Below are positions 56,142 to 64,000 of a DNA stretch of 64,000 nucleotides, piece by piece; position 1 is the stretch's first letter, and the number at the start of each line of letters is the position of its first letter. The stretch comes from Candidatus Saccharimonadota bacterium (GTDB taxonomy: Bacteria > Patescibacteriota > Saccharimonadia > Saccharimonadales > Saccharimonadaceae). The translations under genes were made by a program, and so were the position numbers. Location of the stretch: contig JAEEUB010000003.1 of NCBI GenBank assembly GCA_016286785.1, forward strand, positions 2,328-66,327, in the 5' to 3' direction. The notes under the pieces are model-generated. The model was given only the letters and a program-made list of their open reading frames with translations, ran no database searches and was not told the DNA's origin.

Positions 56142-56657
56142 ATGCATTTAAAGCGTAAATTTTGTTATATAACCCTAGTCGTTATCTGTTTACTTGCCAC
56201 GGCTTGCCAAGTTCTAAACGCTGCAGCTATTTCTGATGCCCAAAAAACCATCATCATTAAGCGCTGCGACGACATTAAAACTGATCTTAGATTAGTACAA
56301 CGTGAGGACGCTAAATCTAGAGTACACCTCGGCACTTATTACGATAAAATCATGACAAATTTTGTTACACCACTTAATGTTAAATTGGTCGAGAATAACC
56401 TATCAAGCGCTGGTTTTATCGACAACCAAAACGAACTAGCAAAAACTAAAAATACTTTTGCTAACGACTTCACTAAATACCAGCAAATGCTAGAGGAACT
56501 AGTAGCTATAGATTGCAAAAACGAACCAGAACAGTTTTACGATAAGCTAGTAGACGTAAGACAACGTCGTAAAACCATGGAGCAGGATACCTTAAAAATG
56601 AGACGCCTAATCTCTGAGCATATTGGACTAGTAGAAAAAGTTGGGAGTAAGCTATGA
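56142..56657 (+). CDS. Secreted helical hypothetical protein
   Basis: Signal peptide, paired Cys, DAKSRVHLG..Y. Confidence 0.78.
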   Translation: MHLKRKFCYITLVVICLLATACQVLNAAAISDAQKTIIIKRCDDIKTDLRLVQREDAKSRVHLGTYYDKIMTNFVTPLNVKLVENNLSSAGFIDNQNELAKTKNTFANDFTKYQQMLEELVAIDCKNEPEQFYDKLVDVRQRRKTMEQDTLKMRRLISEHIGLVEKVGSKL

Positions 56658-57013
56658 CAAAAGACGAAAAAAACGCAGCTCAAATCAAAGGCAGCAGAAA
56701 CCTCGTTCTTCTCGGAATTATCGCCACAATTGTCGCACTAATTACAACTGGCATTTCGCTAGCCATCTATCACAACTCTGGTGATATTTATCTCGACCGT
56801 TCGCGCCCCGGATTCTTGCCAGACGAAGAAGAGATTGAAAGCGAGGATGTGGAGGAAGAAGAATACAATTTTAGTAAAGTCGAAAAGCTAAACGCCGAGG
56901 CGCTCGAAGAATATCAAAAAAACCTAAGCACAGTCACAAAATCAATCGATGAATATAGTGATTCGTTTAATGCTAGCGCACTAACAGACGATAGTCTCGG
57001 AATCACCGAATAA
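56654..57013 (+). CDS. Hypothetical membrane protein
   Basis: One TM followed by YLDRSRPG. Confidence 0.78.
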   Translation: MTKDEKNAAQIKGSRNLVLLGIIATIVALITTGISLAIYHNSGDIYLDRSRPGFLPDEEEIESEDVEEEEYNFSKVEKLNAEALEEYQKNLSTVTKSIDEYSDSFNASALTDDSLGITE

Positions 57014-57061
57014 TCCTAAAATCTTGATTCTTTTTTTAAAAAGCCTTATACTTAAACTAGC

Positions 57062-58186
57062 ATGAATAAAAAGTGCAAGCAAAAAGGGCAAAAACTTAAA
57101 GTTTTTGGGGCAGTTTCACTTATAGTCTTAGCTATCGGTGGTCTATTCGCTATCACTGGCATGTCTCGAGCTATTGGCGAGATACACGGAATTGAATTAT
57201 CAAAGACGCCGAGCGCTATTCTGGCAAGCGCAGGCCTTGACGATGGGGGAGAAGTAGCGCTTAATGTCATCTATTTCGATCAGCTATCCGACGAGTGCGT
57301 AAACATCTACGATCAAAATCAAAACGAGGCTCTAAAGTCTCGTCAATTTGAGTGGACAAAATGTGGCTATTATAGCAGTAGGCTAGAGCAAGGCCTGGTT
57401 GATTATTATTTAAATGACGAATACTTACCAGTAGCAAAAGGCGGGAATCTTATCACAAACCGCGGCATGACGGATTTTACTAGGTGGTTTTCTAATGTGG
57501 CCGGCAAAAGTCAAAGCTACATGGGTCAGATTCGACTAGAATACGATAAAAGCAATGCGCTCTTCTCATATAAAAGTGACACATTCTATCCGCTCGACGA
57601 CGCAAAATTTAGCACCAACGATTCCGTGAATAATGATAGTCATAATCATTTATTTACTATGAGCTTTGCAATACCATTTAAATCGACCGCCAGCGGCGAA
57701 GAGCATTTTACGATTGATGCAGACGACGACACTTTTGTGTTTGTGGACGATAAATTAGCTATCGACCTTGGTGGCATCCACGAATCAATGAGGGGCGAAT
57801 TTGCAATTAATAAAAAAGGAGAAGTCTATACTTCCATAAACGACGAGGACTATGCTTATTCGGGAATTAGTGTTGAACCGAGCGGAGACTCAATCATTAG
57901 GGTTTTTCATGCTGATCGCGACTCGGCTGAGTCAACCTTTGGCGTAATATTTAACAATATAAATCTAGATATAGTAAACTCAGAGCTGGCAGATGCTAGT
58001 GGCGCTCAAATTGCTTACGACCCATCGGACCCTTCATATATTAAGCCACTAGGCAGAAGTATGACTGTTCGCCCCGATGAAACCAAAGGATATATGGTTA
58101 TAGCTACAATCGAAGGAGTGGCTATAGTCGCAATTGCGATTCTCGTAATAATGATTACTCACGTATTGATAAAAAATAAAAACTAA
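57062..58186 (+). CDS. Fibro-slime (PA14-like) domain surface protein
   Basis: FYPLD...HNHLFT...ADDDTFVFVDDKLAIDLGGIH; N- and C-terminal TM. Confidence 0.82.
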   Translation: MNKKCKQKGQKLKVFGAVSLIVLAIGGLFAITGMSRAIGEIHGIELSKTPSAILASAGLDDGGEVALNVIYFDQLSDECVNIYDQNQNEALKSRQFEWTKCGYYSSRLEQGLVDYYLNDEYLPVAKGGNLITNRGMTDFTRWFSNVAGKSQSYMGQIRLEYDKSNALFSYKSDTFYPLDDAKFSTNDSVNNDSHNHLFTMSFAIPFKSTASGEEHFTIDADDDTFVFVDDKLAIDLGGIHESMRGEFAINKKGEVYTSINDEDYAYSGISVEPSGDSIIRVFHADRDSAESTFGVIFNNINLDIVNSELADASGAQIAYDPSDPSYIKPLGRSMTVRPDETKGYMVIATIEGVAIVAIAILVIMITHVLIKNKN

Positions 58187-58519
58187 CTATTTAACGGGTC
58201 TAGAAATATTAGCCCCACGCCCATATTCTGGAATAATAATGGGGAGTTTTTGCCCATGATGGTTTAAAAGCGGAATATCCAGTTCTGATGCTAGAGTGTT
58301 AACAATCGCCGCCCCAATCCTAAGTCCAGTAAAAGAGCCCGGCCCAGACATAAAAGTAATTTCTGTGATATCGTTAAAATCTTTACCATGCTCTTGTAAT
58401 TTTTCGTGAATAAATTCAAGCAGTTTTTCTGCTAAGTCGCGATCAAAATTATAGCGATACTCAGTGCCATCAATTCTAAGAATAGTTTCTGGAGTACTAG
58501 TATCTAGATACAGTTTCAT
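58187..58519 (-). CDS. tsaB: Truncated TsaB (t6A biosynthesis)
   Basis: LYLDTS, GPGSFTGLRIG; only 110 aa. Confidence 0.88.
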   Translation of the reverse strand: MKLYLDTSTPETILRIDGTEYRYNFDRDLAEKLLEFIHEKLQEHGKDFNDITEITFMSGPGSFTGLRIGAAIVNTLASELDIPLLNHHGQKLPIIIPEYGRGANISRPVK

Positions 58520-58932
58520 ATTTTTACCTCGCGCCCACCGTCATCGGTATAATCAATTTTAATAACGTAATGCTTTTTGGGCAAGACATCAGTGATGGAT
58601 TCGCCCCATTCTATAATAATAATATTATTTGGGTCGCTCAAATTTTCTTGTAAATCTTCTACCATAAGCCCCGGATCTGGTAAACGATAAAAATCATAAT
58701 GAATTAGCCTGCCGCCATCCGGCAAAGCATAGGATTTTGAAATCGTAAAGCTGGGGCTAGTAATTGGTTTTTTAATACCAAGCCCAACCGCAAGTCCACG
58801 TGTAAAAGTGGTTTTGCCTGCACCAACATCGCCAATCAGCTCAATCACCGTAGCAGATTTCTCGCCTAATCGCAAATCTCGAGCGAACTTCTCGCCAAAG
58901 TGCATCATTTCTTGTTCGGAATTAACTTTCAT
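58516..58932 (-). CDS. tsaE: TsaE ATPase
   Basis: GDVGAGKTTF, ITSPSFT, HYDFYRL, IIEWG. Confidence 0.96.
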   Translation of the reverse strand: MKVNSEQEMMHFGEKFARDLRLGEKSATVIELIGDVGAGKTTFTRGLAVGLGIKKPITSPSFTISKSYALPDGGRLIHYDFYRLPDPGLMVEDLQENLSDPNNIIIIEWGESITDVLPKKHYVIKIDYTDDGGREVKI

Positions 58933-58950
58933 TGTATAATAAATTATATC
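58933..58950. promoter_or_regulatory. 18-bp bidirectional promoter core (TATAAT-AA-ATTATA)
   Basis: TATAAT on both strands, each 10 nt from a divergent ATG. Confidence 0.7.
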
Positions 58951-60174
58951 ATGAAAGTATACATATCTGGTATATCTGGAACCGGTATGGGGCCTCTTGC
59001 ACTGATGGCAAGGCAGGCCGGTTATGATGTGTGCGGCTCCGATTTAAGCAAAGGTGCAATTTATGACGAGCTACTAAAAGCTGGAATAGAAGTAAAAATC
59101 GGCACACAAGACGGCCAGTTCTTAAAGCAAAAATTAGAAGATGGTATTGATTGGTTTGTTTACACGTCGGCTTTGCCACCAGAACATCCTGAACTAACTT
59201 TGGCCCTAAAAACTGGTATAAAATGTACCAAGCGTGATGATTTTACTGCGCATCTAGTTGATGAATTGCATTTAAAAATGGTAGCGGTAGCCGGCACCCA
59301 CGGTAAAACCACCACTACCTCAATGATTGTCTTTGCTGCTAAAAAGCTAAACATCAAAGCAGCATATATTGTGGGGACTACACTAGGATTTGCGCCAAGC
59401 GGAGCTTATCATAAAAATGACGAATTTTTTATTTACGAAGCAGACGAATACGATCGTAATTTCTTAAAATATCACCCGTGGCTATCTATCATTCCTTCAA
59501 TCTCCTATGACCATCCAGATACTTACCCTACTAGAGATGAATACTTGACTGCATTTAATCAATTCAAATCTCAAAGCCGCAAAATTATAGAAAACGGTAT
59601 TTACGAAGGAAAATTTGAATTGGCTGGCGAAAAAAGAAGAAAAGATGCCAGCCTTGCTGCGGCCGCAATACTAGAAATGTCTCCAAATATTCAGCCGGAA
59701 AAAATCATAGATGCCTTAAATCAATTTCCAGGCGTAGGCCGCAGGTTCGAAAAAATAGTTGATGGCGTTTATTCCGACTACGCCCATCATCCAGAAGAAA
59801 TTGCCGCAACGATCGATGTGGCAAAAGACGAAGCAAGATTCCAAGGCAAAAAGGGAATTGTGGTTGTGTATCAACCGCACCAAAACACGCGCCAACACGA
59901 AGTCTTTAATGGCTATAAAGATGCCTTCCTGGGTGCCAATAAAATCTTTTGGATTCCAACTTACCTCACAAGAGAAAATCCAAACCTAGAAGTAATACAG
60001 CCAGATACTTTTATTAAGTCGCTAGCTAATTCCGAATCCGCCGAAGTAGCAGAACTAAATAACGACCTAAGAGACAAATTGCGTCAATATGTGGATGAAG
60101 GCTACTTGGTACTCATGCTTTCCGCCGGCCCAGCCGACGGCTGGTTAAGAGGAAACTTTACCTACAAAACTTGA
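58951..60174 (+). CDS. murC: UDP-N-acetylmuramate--L-alanine ligase
   Basis: GISGTGM, VAGTHGKTTT, YEADEYD, GVGRRFE, SDYAHHPEEI, YQPH; start trimmed to MKVYIS. Confidence 0.93.
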   Translation: MKVYISGISGTGMGPLALMARQAGYDVCGSDLSKGAIYDELLKAGIEVKIGTQDGQFLKQKLEDGIDWFVYTSALPPEHPELTLALKTGIKCTKRDDFTAHLVDELHLKMVAVAGTHGKTTTTSMIVFAAKKLNIKAAYIVGTTLGFAPSGAYHKNDEFFIYEADEYDRNFLKYHPWLSIIPSISYDHPDTYPTRDEYLTAFNQFKSQSRKIIENGIYEGKFELAGEKRRKDASLAAAAILEMSPNIQPEKIIDALNQFPGVGRRFEKIVDGVYSDYAHHPEEIAATIDVAKDEARFQGKKGIVVVYQPHQNTRQHEVFNGYKDAFLGANKIFWIPTYLTRENPNLEVIQPDTFIKSLANSESAEVAELNNDLRDKLRQYVDEGYLVLMLSAGPADGWLRGNFTYKT

Positions 60175-60205
60175 GCTTCTATCCTGCTTATGTTAACATA
60201 AGAAC

Positions 60206-60709
60206 ATGGGCGAAAGTGAAAAAAAACCAAACAAAAAGGCACTTCTTATTGTTCTCGCTCTCCTCATCATACTTGCTATCGGATTGATTGCCGTAATCAT
60301 TATTAATGCCTCAAAAGGCGGTCTGGATGGCGACCAAGCGGATTGTGACGGAGGCCTAATGGAAACCTCGGAGCTACTAAGCTGCATAGAAGAAAGGTAT
60401 CAAGACGACGCAGGTGGTAAAATGGCTGCCTACGACAAAGCAATTTTAAGGGCCAAAGACGCAAAAGACGAACCCGAACTTGTTATACTGATTGGAAGGA
60501 AATCTAAGGCGCTTGTAAACTCTGGCGATTGCCTCAGTGCCCTTGCTCTATATAAAGAAAATATCGATGGCTTGAGCCAAGAAGCTCTAGGTGCTTTCTA
60601 TATGAATGCTGTAGCTACTAGTCATGAGTGCGGTAACGAAGAACTAGTAAAACAATATCTAAATCTTGCAAACAATATTAAAGGAGATGGCGATGCGAGT
60701 GGCTTTTAG
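60206..60709 (+). CDS. Membrane-anchored helical (TPR-like) hypothetical protein
   Basis: N-terminal TM plus helical repeats. Confidence 0.7.
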   Translation: MGESEKKPNKKALLIVLALLIILAIGLIAVIIINASKGGLDGDQADCDGGLMETSELLSCIEERYQDDAGGKMAAYDKAILRAKDAKDEPELVILIGRKSKALVNSGDCLSALALYKENIDGLSQEALGAFYMNAVATSHECGNEELVKQYLNLANNIKGDGDASGF

Positions 60710-63700
60710 ACCATTATTAATTATTTGCCTTACCATTGCGATTGCTTGCGCAATAAATACTGACACATTAGCTTTTACGGGTGGCGGTTCCGGCTCCGAT
60801 GGCTGGGACGCAAGCTGTTGGTCTACAAGAGCGTATACTGGGCTTTGTGACGGTGGCGCATCCGGTGGCGGAGCAAGTTGGCATATCTATAAAACTAGCG
60901 GTAGTGGTGCATATTCTGGACCGGAGGACGATCCGTTACGCAATGATGATAATGCCGCTGCAATTTTAACTGAACCTGGCGGCGTAGGGGGCATAAAGGA
61001 TAATTGCAAGTCATCGCTAACAAACTATTACATAGCATACGGATGGGATAGTACATATTATGGATGGTACCCCAATACTCATTTTGGGCCAGCTAAGAGA
61101 GGAGATGATGATAAAATCTCGGATGCAGAATATAATAATTACAATGCTCTAGGTTACGACCAGATAGTGTCCGCCATCGCTAATAATACCCTGTCATCAG
61201 GGCAAAGGATCACGGCATGGGCGGCCAATCACATTTATGAACTTGAAAATAACGGTAACAGCATTCCAAGTTATGCTGGTTACTTTTGTGCAGCACTCCA
61301 AGCCACCCTAACAGGTGTAGCTGTAGATAAGAACGGCAATAGTGTCCCTGGGCTTTCTGATGTCACAAGTACAGTCCCATCTGGCAAAAGTGCAAAAGTC
61401 ACACGTCGCGAAATGGCGGACTGGACCTTCCTTGGCTGGAGGACCAATAAAACTAGCGGTTCTCCATCTGGCGGAGCCGACTACACTGTAGATAACTTAA
61501 AATCCAATCAGACCGTATACGCCGTATACGAATATAAATCATTTCAAGCCGAAGCTAAATCGGGATCCAAAAATACTACCGGCTACACAAACGATGACAA
61601 TACAGCAAAGCGAGTCTTTACATGTAATAACCTAACCGACGGTTGTAATACAACATTCACCCTCAATATGAAAAGAATAACCGGTTCCGGCGAAAGCAAA
61701 TATAGTGTCCTGGAAAAAAAGGTCAGCTCCAGTAAGTTTGAGGCCAAAGAATCGAATGAATCTTTTGATCCGACGGAAAAGAATGGCACAGCCAAATTAA
61801 TAAAGGAATATACGGTTGCGATCAAGCCGGGGCAGAGTGCCTGTTATCGACTCACCTTTCACCCATATGGGGATTACGGCGCAAATACTACTAAGAGTGT
61901 TACGATTTGCGCATACGCAATCAGTAACCTGGGCTCCAGTATCACTATGATGGTTAAGAAAAATAATAGTGCCAAGTTTAATCATGCACCAGACACTAAA
62001 CCTCTATATGTTAAGCCAACGGATACGGTCTACCTGCAAGGTTCTTATACGCCCAAAGCACAGTACGCGGCCAATCTTTCTCCAAAACGCCTAGTTATTA
62101 ATAAAACTACGGATGAAACCAGTGGCACAATAATCAGTAGGTTTAATAAACTAATAGAGCCAGACTGGAAGAACGCATTCTCTATCCGGCTAAAAAACGC
62201 CAATAATGAAGTCATTGTCGGTGGTGATACCAAAAAGAGAAATGGTGACTTCTCAAATTACACCATTGATAGGAATAGTAAAATTACCAAATATTACGTT
62301 GGCCAAACGCTAACGGCTGTAGTGCAAACAAATATCAGCAAGGATGATTGCAAGACTACACCAAAATCCGCAGATATAACATACGTGGACGGTACTGGAT
62401 TTGTTGTTAATATTAATAATTCTGTCGTTTCTGACAGTGATTATATAAAGGTACCATACAACTTCTCAAACAGAACAGAAATTACCGATAACCCAGACGA
62501 AAAAATAGTCTACGCCGGTCAGAACGCAACGATTAAATATTCTACTATAGTTGGGACTAGGAAGAATAACACTATTGGGGGTAATGCATACGCAACAATC
62601 GTGAGAGATGCAAAATACAAAATGCGTATGACATCAGATGGTGGAGAGAGCTGGACATATAGCGAAGAGAAAAACGGCACATTGCACGATAATGATAACT
62701 TAGAAAGCGAAACAATATCACGAGAGGCAAGCCTTATTATTCCAGATGTTCCTGCGGGGTCTAAAATTTGCTTTCAGTCATTAGTGTATCCAAAAGACAG
62801 TGGTAACGATACTAATTTAAACTCAAAATACTACGACGAGAGCAATCTGAATAACTGGGCTTTTTCGGAAGAAAAATGTTTTGTAGTAGCCAAAAGACCA
62901 TCACTCCAAGTATGGGGCGGCAATATCTACTCTAGCGGAGAAATAAATACAAGCACCGCAGCTAAAACTATTGATGGTAACCTCCATACATTTGGCTCCT
63001 GGGGAGAACTTGGCATTATCTCTGGTGGAGCAGTTACGGGTATGGCTAGCGGCGCAGGTTACGGTTACTCTGGGCCAAACTCCGCCGCCAACCCTGGTGG
63101 CGCAAAAGGCAACAATTTCTGCGAGGCTAGTCCTCTATCCTTTGCTAACAATGATTGTCAAAATAAAAAAACAGGCTCTCTAGACATCTCCTTTGGCGGA
63201 CTTTCTAACGATTCGGATTTCATCACTCAAGCTCTCGCTAACGAAAATGCAAATATTACAAGGTACTCCGATCCTTCTGAATTTAGTGGCGAAATTGACT
63301 CTGGTACGGTATTTATTAGCAATCCAGACGGAGACATTAATATTGATAAAGACATAAAATACACCGGAAGCTATACGTCTCTAGATTCTATACCTAAAGT
63401 CGTAATCTATGCTAAGAATGTTAATATTTTCTGCAAAGTATCGCGCATAGACGCTCTTATTATTGCAAAAGAAACAGTAGATACTTGTAGCAATGGCGAA
63501 GATATAAATAGTCGTAATCGTTCCAATCAACTAATAATTAATGGTGCCATCATTGCAAAAAAACTAAAAGCAGACCGCACCTATGGCGCTGGAACTGGAA
63601 ATAATTCCATTGTTCCAGCCGAAATCATCAACTTTGATCCTTCACTTTATTTGTGGGGAGGAAAAGAAGTCAATGTTGACGCAAACACCTCCCTTAAGAA

Positions 63701-63734
63701 CTCGTATGTCCGCGAGCTGTCCCCAAGATATTAG
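60693..63734 (+). CDS. Large secreted adhesin-like protein (Saccharibacteria-type KRP..QVWGG C-domain)
   Basis: Signal peptide, Cys pairs, one B-repeat-like unit, C-terminal VVIYAKNVNI...LIINGAIIAKKL..DRTYG...PAEII.FDPS; AAGGAG SD. Confidence 0.8.
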   Translation: MRVAFRPLLIICLTIAIACAINTDTLAFTGGGSGSDGWDASCWSTRAYTGLCDGGASGGGASWHIYKTSGSGAYSGPEDDPLRNDDNAAAILTEPGGVGGIKDNCKSSLTNYYIAYGWDSTYYGWYPNTHFGPAKRGDDDKISDAEYNNYNALGYDQIVSAIANNTLSSGQRITAWAANHIYELENNGNSIPSYAGYFCAALQATLTGVAVDKNGNSVPGLSDVTSTVPSGKSAKVTRREMADWTFLGWRTNKTSGSPSGGADYTVDNLKSNQTVYAVYEYKSFQAEAKSGSKNTTGYTNDDNTAKRVFTCNNLTDGCNTTFTLNMKRITGSGESKYSVLEKKVSSSKFEAKESNESFDPTEKNGTAKLIKEYTVAIKPGQSACYRLTFHPYGDYGANTTKSVTICAYAISNLGSSITMMVKKNNSAKFNHAPDTKPLYVKPTDTVYLQGSYTPKAQYAANLSPKRLVINKTTDETSGTIISRFNKLIEPDWKNAFSIRLKNANNEVIVGGDTKKRNGDFSNYTIDRNSKITKYYVGQTLTAVVQTNISKDDCKTTPKSADITYVDGTGFVVNINNSVVSDSDYIKVPYNFSNRTEITDNPDEKIVYAGQNATIKYSTIVGTRKNNTIGGNAYATIVRDAKYKMRMTSDGGESWTYSEEKNGTLHDNDNLESETISREASLIIPDVPAGSKICFQSLVYPKDSGNDTNLNSKYYDESNLNNWAFSEEKCFVVAKRPSLQVWGGNIYSSGEINTSTAAKTIDGNLHTFGSWGELGIISGGAVTGMASGAGYGYSGPNSAANPGGAKGNNFCEASPLSFANNDCQNKKTGSLDISFGGLSNDSDFITQALANENANITRYSDPSEFSGEIDSGTVFISNPDGDINIDKDIKYTGSYTSLDSIPKVVIYAKNVNIFCKVSRIDALIIAKETVDTCSNGEDINSRNRSNQLIINGAIIAKKLKADRTYGAGTGNNSIVPAEIINFDPSLYLWGGKEVNVDANTSLKNSYVRELSPRY

Positions 63735-63751
63735 TGTGATATAATTAGCGA

Positions 63752-64000
63752 ATGAAAGCAAAAACTAGTTTTGTCTGCCAGCAGTGTGGAGCTGTCTATG
63801 CTAAGTGGGTTGGGCAATGCCCCAATTGTAGCGCCTGGAATTCTTTAGTTGAACAAATAATAGAATCAGAATCATCTAAAAAATCTGCCCTAGCTAAGGG
63901 GCAAGTTTCTGGAAAGAAACTAGATTTTGTGAAGATTTCAACGGTTGTGCCTTCTGATGCTAAAGCACGCCTACTTACCGAGTTTCCAGATTTAAACACG
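63752..64000 (+). CDS. radA: DNA repair protein RadA/Sms, 5' fragment (runs off the window)
   Basis: FVCQQCG...KWVGQCPNCSAWNSLVE zinc finger; TGATATAAT 6 nt before the ATG; missed by the ORF track. Confidence 0.95.
   Translation, partial: MKAKTSFVCQQCGAVYAKWVGQCPNCSAWNSLVEQIIESESSKKSALAKGQVSGKKLDFVKISTVVPSDAKARLLTEFPDLNT

Noticed and set aside
2111-63999. Numerous short antisense or nested ORFs in the track (e.g. 2111-2479, 3963-4307, 15795-16238, 47051-47455, 63796-63999)
   Set aside because: They lie opposite or within well-supported genes, lack start signals and have shadow-frame composition

Overview
This looks like a chromosomal segment of a Candidatus Saccharibacteria (TM7, Patescibacteria/CPR) genome, probably from a gut or rumen lineage. 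That assignment is inferred from gene content: GDT/GFT pilins, a VirB6-like protein, FISUMP surface proteins, truncated HrcA and TsaB, and near-universal leaderless promoters. The backbone carries ruvB, a Xer recombinase, ackA, an amino-acid ABC transporter, comEC, yebC, pyrG, pilB/gspE, aspS, adk, hrcA-grpE, rplY, tpiA, folD, murB, murC, tsaBE, the start of radA and 10 tRNA genes. The most interesting item is an AT-rich, integrase-less islet at tRNA-Arg(TCT) encoding an HTH-WYL regulator, a two-SIS-domain isomerase and a Ham1/ITPase lacking its canonical base-specificity motifs. It is a candidate nucleotide-based defence or damage-response module. Other leads: repeats and scars at four tRNA loci; tRNA-Ile(UAU) and tRNA-Arg(UCG); a GC-rich gene class with its own expression signals; three apparent pseudo-enzymes; two unannotated basic small ORFs; two structured non-coding elements; and an 18-bp bidirectional promoter. 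No rRNA, CRISPR array, intact transposase or reverse transcriptase was seen. All calls are by-eye pattern recognition without database searches, and GC figures are estimates from sampled lines.
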